DNA from: Lama glama
Taxonomy: Eukaryota
Length of the DNA: 64,000 bases
NCBI GenBank assembly: GCA_028534125.1
Contig: CM052816.1
Location: 30,320,001-30,384,000, forward strand
Reading direction: 5' to 3'
A program made the translations under genes and the position numbers. The notes under the pieces were generated by a model that saw only the letters and a list, made by a program, of their open reading frames with translations, did not search any database and was not told the DNA's origin. Shown here piece by piece: positions 36,146-50,530 of this stretch. How positions within the stretch are numbered: the stretch's first letter is position 1; every line of letters begins with the position of its first letter.

Positions 36146-36541
36146 GAACTTACGTATCTTATTAACATCCCATTCAAAACAAATAAAACTTGTCTCTCTG
36201 ACTGAGTTGAACTCTGGCCTCTTGATCCCCCTGAGTTATGTGAGTAGTCCGCTTGTTAAGGCCCATTTCCTCATATCCTGCTGACTCTTACATGCTTTAA
36301 CAGTTTGTTTTCCTCATTCTAGTGAAACTTGTTTGTCACCCATTTTCAAATACCCTCATGCGAGCACCTAATTTCATTCTTTATCCCCTTTGAACATTCC
36401 CTTTGGTCTCTTCCTTGTTTTCCAAAGCAGTGTGCTCTTCTGTTTTTTCTTTCTGTCTGTCTCAGATTCCTCCCCTAGCCATCCTAGAGAAAAAATAAAG
36501 TAATATCTGTCAGAGAGTATTTCTTCCTAGGGCAACTGCCC

Positions 36542-37121
36542 TGTGTCGGGGTCCCCAAGACTGCCCTCAGTCTTCACAGTTTGCTGAACAGACTCACAGG
36601 AATCAGAATAGATGGTTATAGTTTATTACACAGAAAGATTACAGTATAAAATCAGCAAAGGAAAAAGGCACAAGGAGAAACTAGGCGCAGTCTTCCAAGA
36701 TGTTCCTTCCCAGTGGAGCTGCATGGGGACTTGCTTCACTCTCCCGACAGTAACGTGTGATAGCACCTGCCAAGTGTCACCAGTTAGGAAGTTCATTCAA
36801 GCCTTGATGTCCAGGGTTACTGTTGAGAGTCAGTCACATAGGCAGGCAGCAACACCCACGTTTCTAACCTCACCTCCTCACACCCCAGTCCCTCAGAGTA
36901 AAAATAGGTGCTCAGCATACCACGTGGATAGCATAAACTGTCTAGTTCAGCTGGTATTGCACGGCCCAGGGCCTCAGGCACACAGAAACGTTTTTATCAG
37001 GCAGAATAACCTAGGGTCATCTCCCAGGAGCTGGTACAGGACCGGTTGTGAATACAAGCCTATCTTTGCAAGGTACTGGGTTTGAGGAGCGGAGTCTGCT
37101 GAATTAACCCCTACCTGTACC
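36542..37121 (-). mobile_element. MER77-like ERVL solo LTR
   Basis: tgtgtcggggtccccaagac...gtttattacacagaaagattacag...tttatcaggcagaata...gaattaacccc. Near-match 5-bp TSD tgccc/taccc (36537-36541 and 37122-37126). Confidence 0.85.
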
Positions 37122-40100
37122 TACCCTACTCACAGGGCCTCCTGTCTTATCCTTCAGCCTTGATAATTTCTGACTGGACAAAGGATGAGCACTCCCTGCC
37201 TAAGGGTAGGTTATTTATAAGGCAATTTGCAATACATAGAGAGATAAAAAAACATGGGCTTGGTATGGGAGAGATCAGACTTAGCAACGTATTTTGTGTC
37301 CCCTTGGGCAAATTAGAATCTCTGATAAATACACACATTCAGTAAATATTATTTCTTGTACCTATCTTCCAATTCTCGCATTCTCAGATACGGGTCTCAC
37401 CTTTCCATAGTTATCACAGTGGCCCTGGCTGTGTCTGGCCTTGTGACTGTTTCATAATTGATCTTTTTGACTCCAAACTGAGCAGCTGTGTGCACAGCAC
37501 TCTGCTCCCACCTGGCCTGCTGCTGTGGCTCTAATTCATCCTTTATATGGCTGAACAAATTCCTTTGTTAAAAGGTGTCTTTGATCATTCTACTTTTCTT
37601 GTCAGACCCTTTTATGGTTCCCAGTTGCTCACAGATGAAAATTCACTCTGCTAAGCTTGGCAGTCAATCCCCTCCTCAATCTGTTTCTAACCTATATTTC
37701 AAGATTTGTCTTTCTTTACTTTGCTTATGATGCATATTTTATTTGAAATAATTTTGAAGTTTTTACGTAGAAAAAAATTGTATCTTCCTTTATGGTTTCT
37801 GAGGTTTTTGGGTTTTGTTTCTGTTGTTTACTTGATTGCTTTTTTGGTCTTATGTACAAAGGTGCTTTCCAATCAAAATCATAAAAATGCTGTCCATTTT
37901 AAAAAATTTTATCATGGTTTTAAATTTATATTTTGGTTTTATTACTATGATATACCTATAGTTTCTTTTGAAGCATGGTTTTTGAAAGGGATGTGATTTT
38001 CTTTCCTTCAAATTTCCCCAGAAGTCTTGATTGGAACTCTTTACTTCACTACCTTGCAATGCTTTAGGTGTCAAAAATTAATTTTCATGAATACACTAGT
38101 CTGTGTTTTTCCATTAATATATTTACACGTTTTTACAACAAAATCATTTTTAAAATTTCATGAACTTTATATTTATTAATATCTTGAATTTCACATACCC
38201 TATAATTGTCCTTTTAAAAAGGTTTTTTAACTCTCTTTTATCACACATTTTCCCTGTGAATCTTTAAGCTTAGCCTATGAAGTTATTAAGACTTTAATTG
38301 AGATTATATAAGTATCATGCATTTTTTTTTTTTTTAAGAATGGGCATTTTAACATGTTTTGCCTGTCCATACAAAAATACAGAGTGCCATTCTGGTTAAT
38401 TAAGTCTTAGTTTATGTCCTTTGTTAAATTTTTATAATTTTACTTTTCTCATTTTTTTCATATACTTAACAAGTTTAATCCCTGACAATTTTTTAAAATC
38501 AATTTTGTTTATTTAAGAATGGGACCTTTATAAACTTTATTCTGCTTGGATACAGAAAAGCTGTTGCTTTTTTTCCATATCTATATCAGAAATATTTTAT
38601 CAAAGATTGCAAACCATATTTGGGCAGCATTTGAGGAAAGACAATTTATTCTAGTAACTTATTGGCAATTTACCAAATCAGACTCAACAAGAGCAGAATC
38701 TGCACACCTCTGAGAGCTGAGACAGCAGGAACAATTGACAGTCTTGTCAGAGAGGATACTTTCAGAATCATTGATCCCCAATTTATTTTTCTTGGGTCCT
38801 TGTCACTCTGCCAAAAACCAAAGATCAAAAGAGAGAATTTAAACAAGAGGGCTTCACTTGATATGAGCCAAACCATTGCCCAAAGGATTATGCGAAAGGT
38901 AATTCCCCCAAATAAAAGAAAGCTGCTGTTAGAATACTGCAATGAGCATTGACACTCACATCACCTTAAGCCTGTGAGCAAGTATTGCTTTAGAAAACAT
39001 ACCAAAAAGTGGAATTTCTGAATCACAAGGGTGAGTAATTTTAAAATTTTAATAGATGCTGCCAACTTTCTTTGTAGAGTGGCTATAAGGAACTACTTTT
39101 CATATAATTATTGTTGCACAAATATGTCTTCTCTCATCTTCTTCAACTCTTGATGTGATCAAACTTAAAAAAATTTTCCAATCTGAGGATTAAAACTCCA
39201 TAGAATTTTTATATTTAAAATAAAATTCTATATCTCCTTTATATACTTTTTTACCCTATTTGTATTAAAATTAGTTTTGAACATGTTTTTCCTTCTCATT
39301 AGGTCATAAACTCCTGAAGGGTAGAAAAAAAATGTTTAATACAGAGGTATCTCTTGTTAACACCTAATGCAATTTTTTACACATAGGTGCCTAAAAACAG
39401 TTCTTGAATTTTCTTAATTGTCTTCTACTTCCTAATTTGGTGCTTTATTGCCTATAACATCCAGTGGTCACGTGAATTTCTAAGATCACATGACAAATTA
39501 CTAAGGCTGACTGAATCTTGGTTTTCCAGTGCATCTTTGCTTTCTACTCATCCTACATATTGTAGAGTGAAGTTTCCCTACATAGAATCTAGAATAAGTC
39601 AAAATCCCTGGCCAGTTGTGCTTTTACCTTCTACTTGTTCAGTACTCCGCTTGATCATGTTTGACTATTCCTCAGTCTATAACCTATACTTTGATTGGTA
39701 GTTGTGTATATAGATGTATAGACAGCCCTCTGGGCTTAAACAAAAATCAAAACAGAAGAGAACAAAATTGGCTTTTCTGTATCTTTGGGAAATTGTTTCA
39801 CAATTACCTTTTTCAAATAAAAGAGGAAACTCTTTACAGAGATATTTCTAAAATGTTATCATTGAGAATTTAACCTTAACTCATTACATGAAGCAACCTG
39901 CTTTTATCAAAGACAGAAAAGTTCTTTCATCAGGAAAGGGAGGGCGGATTTCAGAACTGTGAATCTCTGTTGGCTCTGGACGGTCATGCTCTGAAAATTT
40001 TAAATTAGGTAAATCATCCCAATGGTACATCCACCTTTGTCCTCCTGTGCAATGAATTACACAGTGTTTGCAGATGATGCATCAGGAAGCTGATCTCTAA

Positions 40101-41714
40101 TGCCTGGGATGGTGGAACTTAAGCATCTTTAAATGATTAAACGTGCTTTCAAATTTCTCCAATGTGCCACACAAATGGTGCTAAAAAAACTTTCCCCAAA
40201 GGACTAGGTGATATTTTCACTGAAACTTTTCTTTGGTAGGTCTTTGGTACATAGGTTGTTATTACTCATAGTTATCTGTATTCTTTGAAAGAAATGTCCC
40301 CCTACCTAGTTGTCAACTCACCTGACAAAGACACTGTCATTTTTCAAAGCTATCAGATTAATCTGAGCTGGAAAAATAAATATTTAAGAGCAAATAAAGT
40401 TGATCTGGGTAAATACTACCCATTCTCCATCAACTAGTGTCCTAGGAAGACATTTGTACATGTAAATTCCTTGTGTTAGAGACACCCTTGCCTGAAAGAT
40501 CTTACTTATTTTTAAATAATTCCATACTTCTGAAGTGGCTTCATTCTTTATTTCGGAGTTTTCATAGGGTAATCCATTTCTTCTTTGGAAAGTGAGCTGA
40601 TCAGCATATTAGAAAACAGGAACTAACTGAAGTAATGTAACATTTCACAATATTCCATACGGGACATAGTCTCTAGGAAGGACCTATTCAAAGAGCAAAT
40701 ATCATACCCTTGGGCTGGAGAGCTGCCACTGTCCTAGTTCCTGTGCATTTCTTTCACTCATGGTCCCATGAGAGTAAAGCTGGTTCACCATTGTCTACAA
40801 ACCTGCTTTCTTCTCATTTTATTCTATTCCTGGAGCACTGACATCTTGGCCTCCCTCACTTGCTGCTTCTATAGTTTATAGCAGTTACCTTTCAGAGAAA
40901 AACCTTTCCCTTTTTGGAAATGATAAAATTCTTAATCATGGAATCTTTGAGCTTATGGTACAACCAGCCTATCTACCACAGAAAGATGATAATTTAATCT
41001 CAGTTTGGGTACATCTGAATAAGAAAGAAAGACTTTCAAGAACCACATCTCTTTCTGGTACATGAGAAATTCTTCAGTCCTGTTACACCTCATGGTACCA
41101 GATCAGAGAATGCAAGTCTACAGATATAAAGACTAGGATGAAGCCTGGACAATTAGAAGTTGAAAATGAAGGAAAAGTGTGGTGGAGAGTTCATAGGGCA
41201 TTGATGAATTCTCACTTTTAGCCATCAGGTAGCTACAGATTTCTAGACACGACATCTTACTTTTAGAAAGATGGTGAAAAATGAACCACCTTTTAAACTA
41301 GAAACTTGGACTTCTAATTTCTGTGTTCTATGGGAGTCCTAACAGTAATCTGTACCATTAATTTGCTCAATACTTTTTATTCTTTTTTATATAAATACAT
41401 CTTAAATCCACTGGGTAGGAACATAATGCAAAACAGATTAAGAGAGACATAAGCTTTAACACACAACACTAGTGCTACAAATACTATTAATATAATTACT
41501 GCTAATAACAACATTCACATTTTTGAGCACTTACCATGTACTAGGCATTATAGTAAGCACTTGACATGTATAAATTTGTTAAATTTCTCAGTAAGTAACA
41601 AGCGGAGGGTACCAATTATACTTTTTGAAATTATTTTGTAAGCTCAATAACTATGATTATCAGGTACAAAGCTTGATTCATTATCAAGTTACTGCTAAGT
41701 GTTAGTGTGTAACT

Positions 41715-42430
41715 CATTCATTCAACAATAATTCAGTGTGTTACTACTATCTGACGGCTCTGACCTTGATCTTTGATCACTAGAAGCAGTAGATATAAAA
41801 AAGGATGGAAAGTTCCAGGGCTAGGCAAATCCTAAACTCTTGTTCAATTAGTTTATAAGTTTGACTTATGCCAGAATGAGGCTTGTGGCTTAAAAGACAG
41901 AGACAATTTTCAACTGCAGAAATAAGAAAAAGATGACATCTAATTTGAGAAGTCTGTAAAATATGAGTCGGATTCAGATAGGGAAAGAGATTAAAAGCAG
42001 CTACCGTGCTGAGGGAATTACAGAGCAAAGCCAGGAGGGCTGGGAACACAAGGTGTGTGCGAGTCCCCACAGGCAGAGGACTACAGGGCGGGGAAGGAGG
42101 ACAGTGGAGGCACAGTTGACTGAGAACAGTTCAGTGAGGGCCTTTAGCACCAAGCTACATCTTCATACTTACTTGGTGGGATTCAGAGAAACATGAGGGG
42201 GTTTTAAGGAAATGGAAGGTGCATTACCGAAGAGGTACTACTCTGGAAATGGTAGGTAGAAAGAGGCAGATGTCAGTTAAGGGGCCACAATCAGAATTCA
42301 GGTAGGAGATGACAGTGTTTACATTAAGGTGGTGCCTGCATAATGGAAAGGAGGGGGCATATATTAAAGATATTAAGGAAGACCCACTAGACTTGATGTT
42401 TGGGGGAATGTAATGGGTAAAGAAGAAATC
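41715..42430 (-). mobile_element. L2 fragments
   Basis: Starts cattcattcaacaa (L2 tail, reverse), followed by purine-rich L2 body (caggtaggagatgacagtg...agacttgatgtttgggg). Confidence 0.55.
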
Positions 42431-44598
42431 ATGTCTTTACAAATGTAAGATCTACAAACAAAAAGCCTGTTACCCTAATGAAAATCACCCTAACAAAATG
42501 CATTTGTTAATCTTGTATCTCAATGCCCAGTGTATCTTTTATAAGGCATTTACTGCATATTTTTCCCTTTCAGAGTATTTTTTTAGTTCCATTTATTAAG
42601 GAATTAAATGAACTCGTTTGCTCTAAGTAGTCTAATAGTTTAATATTCTGCATTCAGCTTTCACTGAGATGACTGTGTGAACAAATACTAGCTTTCCATA
42701 CTTTAATGCTTGCCCCGCTTTGCGTGAATTTTTATTTTTAATTAAAAACTGACTCACTGATTGCTAGGTCCATTTATATTATTTTTAAGTTTATTGGCAC
42801 CATCTCAGCATCTTTCCTTCCACCAATTTCATTATTTTCTCATCATCTAAATCCTTAATGAAGTCCTATGGTTGAGTCTGTTATTAATACATTTTCCAAA
42901 GCCAGCAAACATTTCTTTGCATCAAATATTATCTTGAAAGTTAAAAAGAAAAACAAAACACTTTTTAAGTTCAAAATGTATTGTTAACCTAGCAAGCAAC
43001 AAATGTTTCCTTTAGAGAGCTTTTAAGCTTCATTGAGAAAGAAGAGATTGAAATTAATTATCTATAATTTAAGAAGTCTTGCAGTGGAGAGAGAATATTA
43101 TTTCTGCTTAGAAAAGAATTTTTTTTGTTTGGAAACCTAGAAAAATATGAAAGTTATAAAGACAGATAGGTTCTTCCCATGAGTTGTTGCAGATGAGAGA
43201 GAACCAACACTGTTGAGGTAAACTCAAGGCATATCTAAATGGAAGCTGCTTTTAATGGCTTTTGGTAGGAAGTTGTCCTGAAATTTTGAAGTGTGGTGTG
43301 ACTCCTGCTGTACCTTGAAAACATTTATCAGTCATATGAGGGTTATTGCTAATTAACACAGGCAGTAGGAGAAAGGTTAGACAATATAATGATGCAGAAA
43401 ATAAAATACTTACCCTATGATACAGGAAAATGTTGACATGCAGAAATATAGGGAGTATGTTATGAAGTATAAGAGGTTTGAATTACTGAAGAGGTAGTCA
43501 TTTTTATTATGCAATGAAATGTCTTCAAATTAGGTATAAATTGTGTATATTTATAAATAAAGTGTTGTATACTATTTATGCACAGTTTCTTTTAAAATCA
43601 TTTCCCATTCTAATGAAAAGTACATAATTGATGGTATCTAACAATCTCTTACTTATTTTGGAAATTGCCTTGGGGATTCTGGCCATTGAGGCCACAAGGA
43701 ATACTAGATTTACAATTGCCAACTGAAAACAGAATTATGGTAGGTAGCTTGGAGAATATTCTTATACTTCATTTAGACAAAAAATTATTAGAAAACATTC
43801 TTTCCTACCACAAAAAGTTGCTCTGAGCAGCTTCTGGGTGCTCCATTTCCAGTGATCACTGGTGAGCAAGTTAGGTGCTGATTGTTTGTATGGCAGGATG
43901 GAAGTTCTTGTCCTCTGAATACCGTTGACTTCCTTTATTCCTCCCCATCTTCACCCATTTGGCAAAAGGGAATTCGCTTCCATTCGCCCATCCTGGCCAA
44001 TCCCTGGTTCTGTCAGGGAAGGAGACATTTCAAATATATTGCAAAAGAGAGTCTGTAAAAGAACGTGTTGCTTGGTTTGAGGTGCTCCCCACTGAAAAGC
44101 TGAAGATCCAGAGTAAATGGGACTTGCTGGTTTACCTCCCTGGGTCAGTGGCATCAGCAGGACTCACTGACCTGATTGTGTGGAGCTGTATAATATAAAG
44201 CAAGAACCCCTGGGGTAGGGAAGCTGGGCCACACAGAAGACAGAGACAGAAATAAGAGAGGTTGCCAGGCATTCATGTGATACAGGCCGTACCCAGGCTA
44301 TGGCATCTCCACTGCCCAGGGACTGCGAGAGTGCCCATGCCTGACACGAGCTCAGGTCTTTCAGGTGATGGAGCGCGTCAGCCTGTTTTAACAGACATGA
44401 ATAATGGCAGGGCCACATCTGGATAATGCTGTTCTTCTCTCTACGTATATTTGAAAAAATCCTTCCTCACTGAGTCTGTGACAGCCAGTTATTCTCTCCC
44501 ACACATTTGGGATTTGTTGTTTGGAAATGAACATGGAACATTTTAACATGCAGTTGTGTGCCAAGAATGTTTGTTTACAAACTGTTTCTCTGTCTCTC

Positions 44599-44604
<6 letters not shown>

Positions 44605-44645
<41 letters not shown>
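44605..44645. repeat. (AT)n microsatellite
   Basis: About 20 perfect AT units. Confidence 0.97.
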
Positions 44646-44648
<3 letters not shown>

Positions 44649-46269
44649 TATATATATAGTATATATGTAAGTATACATATGTATATACACACCTATCACA
44701 GACACACGTATTTTGAACCAAAACAATTATACTTCTTTATTTTTAAGCAAAACCACCCTTATTAAATATGTTTCCTAAAATGTTTCAGTTTTCTAAAGGC
44801 AGAGTCCATAAGAAACTTAGAGGTCATGCTTTAGTGCATCAGTATTATTAGTTACCGTAGTAAGAGCAGGCAAAAGGGAAAAAATGGCGTCAAGGTTTTC
44901 TTAATAAGGTGGAGATGAGTTGGGGAAAAGCCTAGGGCATTTCACCCAGCCAAGCAATCCCTGTGCTAGTAAGAAATACTGTGCTAGTCACGTTGAACCG
45001 CAGTCCATTCCAAAGGGACCGAAACCCTTTCATGAATAACAACTTATTCTGAAATATTTTTCCCTTGAATTTTTATAGTCTTAGTACCAAGAGAATAGAT
45101 ATCATTAAGGTTGAAATGATATTTCTATTAGGAACTGATGGCCGAAATTTAGTATTTACCCGTGCTATACCTCAGGACACTCAATTGTATCCCAAATCCA
45201 TTAGGGTTGCTTCAGATTTTTCTTACATAAAATTTTTACTCTATTCCTCATGATGTTTTCATGGAAATAATTTTATTATTCTGACAGGGAAGGTATTTGT
45301 TAGCACATGACTTAGGGTTTGCTTGGAAAAGTATAGCTGGGCTAATACACAAAGTTATTGACATTCCTGTTTTGTCCGTCACCCTCATTAGAGAGTAACA
45401 CGTGGAAGCATTTTTAGATTTGTATATTGCAGTATTTTGAACTATTTAGCCATTTTCTTATAATGGAAACAAACCATTTCACCTTCATATGTACTATTCA
45501 ACCTCCTCTACCCCCTTTTCTTTTTCTTTGCTACCCTCCAATCCAAGAAGCTTGATTTTTAAAAATTGCAGTTGGGCAGACAGCTGGTCTTTGTAGAAGA
45601 TTTAACACTTGGGGTATTTTGAATACAGTTTTGTAGCTGCTGGGAACTGAAATATAAATAAAACAAAAAAAATGTGAGTGAGAAAAACACCCCACAATTC
45701 AACCAGATCTTTAAGGATTCTTTTTCAAGTGTAGGCGTTATTTTCCTCTTGGTTTCGTGGTGCATACATGGAATAACTTCATGGATCATGTTAAATTGGT
45801 GGAGCTCAATTGTAAGAATATGTAGATAGTAGAGTACAGCCAGTAAAGAATCCACCGTGTATTATAACTCAATGAGAACCTCTTATGAAGGTTTTTAACA
45901 TTCCCATTGTAGGGATTTCAGTGGTAAATGATTTCCAAACAGTTAACTTAGGATATACTCATACAAAAAGATGGAGCAGGGAAAACAAGCAAATGCCTGA
46001 AGAAGTATTGTCCTGTGAATGTATAGAATGATAAAATCAACACAGTGCTGGTAACTCAAAGCTTCTGCATTGACCCCAAACATCTGCCAGTTAAGTTAAA
46101 TGTTTAAGTTAAATGTGGTCCTGGTATCCCAGTTTGGAATTTAGAATTGATTTTCCCATAGAAACATTGTAAAAAAAAATTATGTGTAGGTTTCACTGGA
46201 TTAGCACAATTATTACATGGTTTTAGGGGTACCTGAGTGAAATTATAATTATAACTGGCATTAACTGAA

Positions 46270-46490
46270 TATACTGGCCATATGTTAAGTACTTCATGTG
46301 CACTCTACCATTAAACATTTACAATTCTGCTCTTAGGTGATACCATTATCTCAGTTGTTAAACGAGGAAACTAATAGAACAAGAAGTTAAGCAATTTGTC
46401 CAAGATTATTCAGTTTGCAAGAGGAGGAGATGGACTTTAATGTCAAGCAGGTTAATTTCAAAGGCCAATCTTGAATGCTGCACTGTATCA
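46270..46490 (-). mobile_element. MIR fragment
   Basis: gttaagtacttcatgtgc...ttaggtgataccattatctcagtt...gaggaaact...aagttaagcaatttgtccaagatt. Confidence 0.65.
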
Positions 46491-46879
46491 CCACTGTGAC
46501 TTACAGAGGCATTTTTTTGTGTGTGTTTTTCTGGGAACATAATGATTTATTCAAGTAACTGTTTCCCTGGGAAAATATTTTCTGAAATTTTGGAACACAG
46601 CCTGTGTGTTTCAGCAATAAGGGAGTAGTATGTTAAAAGACTTATTATTTGGAATTATGCTAAGTTTGAGGAAAGTAGATTGTCAACTTAATTTCTTGAA
46701 ATTTATCAGTATTTTTATCTGTTGTTTCTTTCATTTCTATCCTGTACTATCTTATTTGATATACAGAGTGGTTGTCAGTCCATATGGCATTTACACCATT
46801 ATTATTCCCACTACCAGAATGTAGCTAATCTAGGGTGTGTTTATTTAGGCCACACCTTTTGCAAAGTGTACCTGGAAAG

Positions 46880-47140
46880 TCAGCAGCATGGCGTAGTGGT
46901 TACCGCCACATGTTTTGGAAACAGACTCTCTTAGTTCAAATCCTACCTTTGCTACTTACTGGACATGCAGTATTGGGCAAGTCACTTAGCCTCTCTATGC
47001 CTATTCCTTTATCTAGGAATGGGGACAGTAGTAATTCATTATTTGTTCAAAACTAGTTGAAGTTTACAGGATTGTTAGGAGGATTAAATGAGACACTGTT
47101 TGTAAGGCATGTGAGACAGTGCCTGGTTCATTGGAAGCAA
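46880..47140 (+). mobile_element. MIR SINE, near full length
   Basis: gcagcatggcgtagtggtt...gttcaaatcctacctttgctacttact...ttgggcaagtcacttagcctctct...aggattaaatgag...acagtgcctgg. Confidence 0.85.
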
Positions 47141-47189
47141 AATATTGTATTTGTTTCAAGCAAATAGACTTACTTTGATAGCATTTCAC

Positions 47190-48800
47190 ACCAGTTTATG
47201 ATAAAAGCTGTCATCAAATGAAGAATAAAAGAGAACATCCCCAAAATATAAAAGGACATCTACAGAATCTCACAGCTGACATCATACTTAATGGTGAGAG
47301 AATGACTATTTCTCCCCCTAAGTTTGAGAACAAGACAAGGATATTTAGTCTCATTACTTCTAATTGAAATTGTGCTGGAGATTCTAGCCAGGCAAGAAAA
47401 ATCAATAAAAGGTATCCAACTTGGAAAGGAGGAAGTACTAGTGTTTATTTGCAGATGGCATAATCCTACATATAGAAAATCTGAAAAAGCCTACCAAACC
47501 CACTAGAACTAGTAAGAAAGTTTAGCAAATTTGTAAGACATAATGCTAATAAATTATTACAAAACTACAGCAATCCAGACAGTTGTGGTACCAGCAAAAG
47601 GCTAGCCATAGACATGAATGGAATAGAATTGAGAGTCCAAAAAAAAAAAAAAAGCCCTCACATTTACTATCCATTGATTTTTAGCAAGGCTACCAGGACA
47701 GTTCAACAGATAAATAATGAGATTTTCAACAAATGGTGCTGGGACAATTGCATATCCCCATGCAAAAGCATGAAATTGGGTCCCTACCACACACCGTCTG
47801 CCAAAAATGAATTCAAAATGGATCAAAGACCCAAACATAAGTTTAAAACTCTCTGAGAGTCTTCAAAGAAAACTTGGGCATAAATGTTTATGACCTGGTA
47901 TGCAGTAATGTTTTATTAGATATGGCAACATAAACCCATGCAACCAAAGACAGAATAGATAAATTGGACATCATCAAATGAAAAATTCTGGTGATTTAAA
48001 GGCCACCATCAAGAAAGTAAAATTACAAATCACAGAATTGGAGAACATTTTTGCAAATCATGTCTGATAAAGGGTGTGGCAGCCAGAAGACATAAAGAAC
48101 TTGTGTAAGTCAATACTAAAAAGAAATAATGCAATTAAAATTCACAAATAATCTGAATAGATGCTTTTTCAAAGAACATATAAAAATGGAATATTTCCAT
48201 TGAATGAATGACTATATCCAGGAAATGAATATATTCTCAACATCATTAGCTATGAGGGAGTTGCAAATCAAAACCACAATGAGATACCACTGCACATCCG
48301 TTGGGTTGACCATAATAAAAAAGACAGATAACAACATATTTTGACAAGGGGTTAGAACAATTGTAAACCTCGTAAAATCTGCTAGGGATGTCAACTTGTG
48401 GAGCCACTTTGAAAAGCAGTCCTGCAGTTCATCAAAAGATTAAAGACAGAGTTATAATGTGACCAAGCACTTCTGTTTCTAGATATATAACCAAGAGGAA
48501 TGAAAACATATGTCCACACAAAACTTATATATAGCTGTTCAGAGTAGCATTATTAGTATTGAAAAAGTGTAAGCAAACCAAACATACAGTGGGTGGTGAA
48601 TGGACAAATAAAATGTGGCATATCCATGCAAGGAAATATTATTATTTGACAGTAAGAAGCAGTGAAGTACTGACACATGCTACAATATGGATGAACCTTG
48701 AAAACTATGCTAAGTCAAAGAAGTCTGTCACAAAAAAACCACTTAATGTATAATTCCATTTATATGAAATGTCCAGAATAAGCAGATCTATAAAAGTAGG
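47190..48800 (+). mobile_element. Old L1 (L1MB-like) ORF2 3' half and 3' end, with internal deletions
   Basis: ORF 47324..47506 reads RTRQG...[25 protein letters not shown] (RT domain); ORF 47614..47856 contains IFNKWCWDNCIS; followed by L1 3'UTR. Confidence 0.9.
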
Positions 48801-50530
48801 CAGCATTTCTACTATCAACAGATAAATGAAAAAAAATTTCTTACAGTATACCAAAAGCATCATACTTTTAGGGATAGACTTAACAAAACATGTGTAAAAG
48901 TCAGGAAACCACAAAATCCTGTTGAAAGAAATTTAAGAAGATCTACAAAAGGGAAGACTATGTCATATTTACTAATTGGAAGAGTCAATCTTATATTAAG
49001 ATGTTGGTTCTCCCCAAATTAATTTATAGATTTGGCTCAATCTCACATATAATAACATCACTTTTTTGATAGAAATTGACAAAATTATTCTAAAATTTAT
49101 AGAGTCAAAAATATCTGGTTAGTGGCCAAAGTGGTTTTGAAGAAAAATGGAGGCAGAGAACTTATACTGCCAATTAAAGGAATTACTGTAAAGTTATACT
49201 AATAAAGACATTGTGACACTGGTATAAGTATTAACATATGGACACAGGTATAAGGTATATGGAGTCCAGAAATAGACCTATACATATATAATCAGTTGGT
49301 TTTCAAAAATGGTGCTGAGAAATTCACTGGGGAAGGAATATTATTTTCAGTGAGTGGTGCTGGAACAGGTGGGTAAGTGGACAGTAAATTGTGAGCCTTG
49401 ACCTTTGCCCCACATTTTACCAACAACAAGCACAAAATCCAAAACTGTGAAACTCCCTGAAAAAAGTAGAAGAAAATCATAGCAACACTGCATAAGGCAA
49501 AAATGTCTCAGGGCACAAAAATCACTAACTATAAAGGAAGAAAATATAATAAACTGAAAACTCCTCCCCTTGAAAAGCCGTAGATAAGAAAAGAAAAAGG
49601 CAAAACACTTATTGGGAGAAAATACCCATTATCCGTAATACGTATTGGGCCACATACATATCTAAGGTATGTACAAATACTCTTAAAACTCAATAGTAAG
49701 AAATCGATTCAAATTTTTAAAAATGAGCAACAGATTTGAGCACGTTCATCACAAAATCTACCAGTATGTTGACTAGTGGTCGATATGCATAGAGGAAGAT
49801 GTTCCATATCAATCGTCATCAGGGAAATGCAAATTAAAACAACTGCTAGGGACCGTGCATCCCCTAGAGTGGCTAAAATTCAAAAGATCATCAGGATTTG
49901 GAGCAAATGGAGCTCTTAGACATGGCAGCTAGGAGTGAAAATGGTACATTCCTTGTGGAACACTGGCAGTTTGCTTTAATGCTAAACTTACACGTGTGAC
50001 TCAAATTCTACTTCTAGTTACTTATTCAAGAGAAATGAAAGTGTGTGTTCACAGAAGGACTGTACACAGGTGCACAAATGTTCAGAGCAGCTTAATTCAA
50101 ATGGCTGAAGACTTCAAATACCCAAGTGTCCATCAACAGGGGATTGGATAAACAAAATGTGAGTACATTTAGAAGAATATAATCCATCCATTAAAAGAAA
50201 TAAGTTGCTGATACGTGTAAGAACATGTATATGTCTGAAGTACGTCATGCTGAGCTAAGTTGGACTAAAGGAGGCATCCTGTATAACTACATGGACATGA
50301 TCTAGAACAGGCAGAAAGCAGGGGGATGAGTGACTGCCTGCAGCCGGGTGAAAGGGTGAGGAATGACCGAAGAAGGCCCGAGGGCACTTACTGAGGAGTT
50401 GGAAATAACTAACATTTCAAACAAAGAGAAGTTACATGGGTATATATATCTCTGTCAAAATTCATGAAGGGTACATTTTAAAATTAGTACTTTTTAAAAT
50501 CTTTAAGGTATACTTGAATAAAATTGATTT
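48800..50530 (+). mobile_element. Second, older L1 (L1MC/L1ME-like) ORF2 3' half and 3' end
   Basis: tctccccaaattaatttataga, ggagtccagaaatagacc, catcagggaaatgcaaattaaaac, cccaagtgtccatcaacaggggattggataaac. Confidence 0.85.

Noticed and set aside
36612..37085. Longest ORF in the window (157 aa)
   Set aside because: Lies wholly within, and antisense to, a MER77-like LTR.
38662..38952. Paired 96/90-aa ORFs on opposite strands
   Set aside because: No recognisable homology or splice structure; flanked by ancient L1-like debris.
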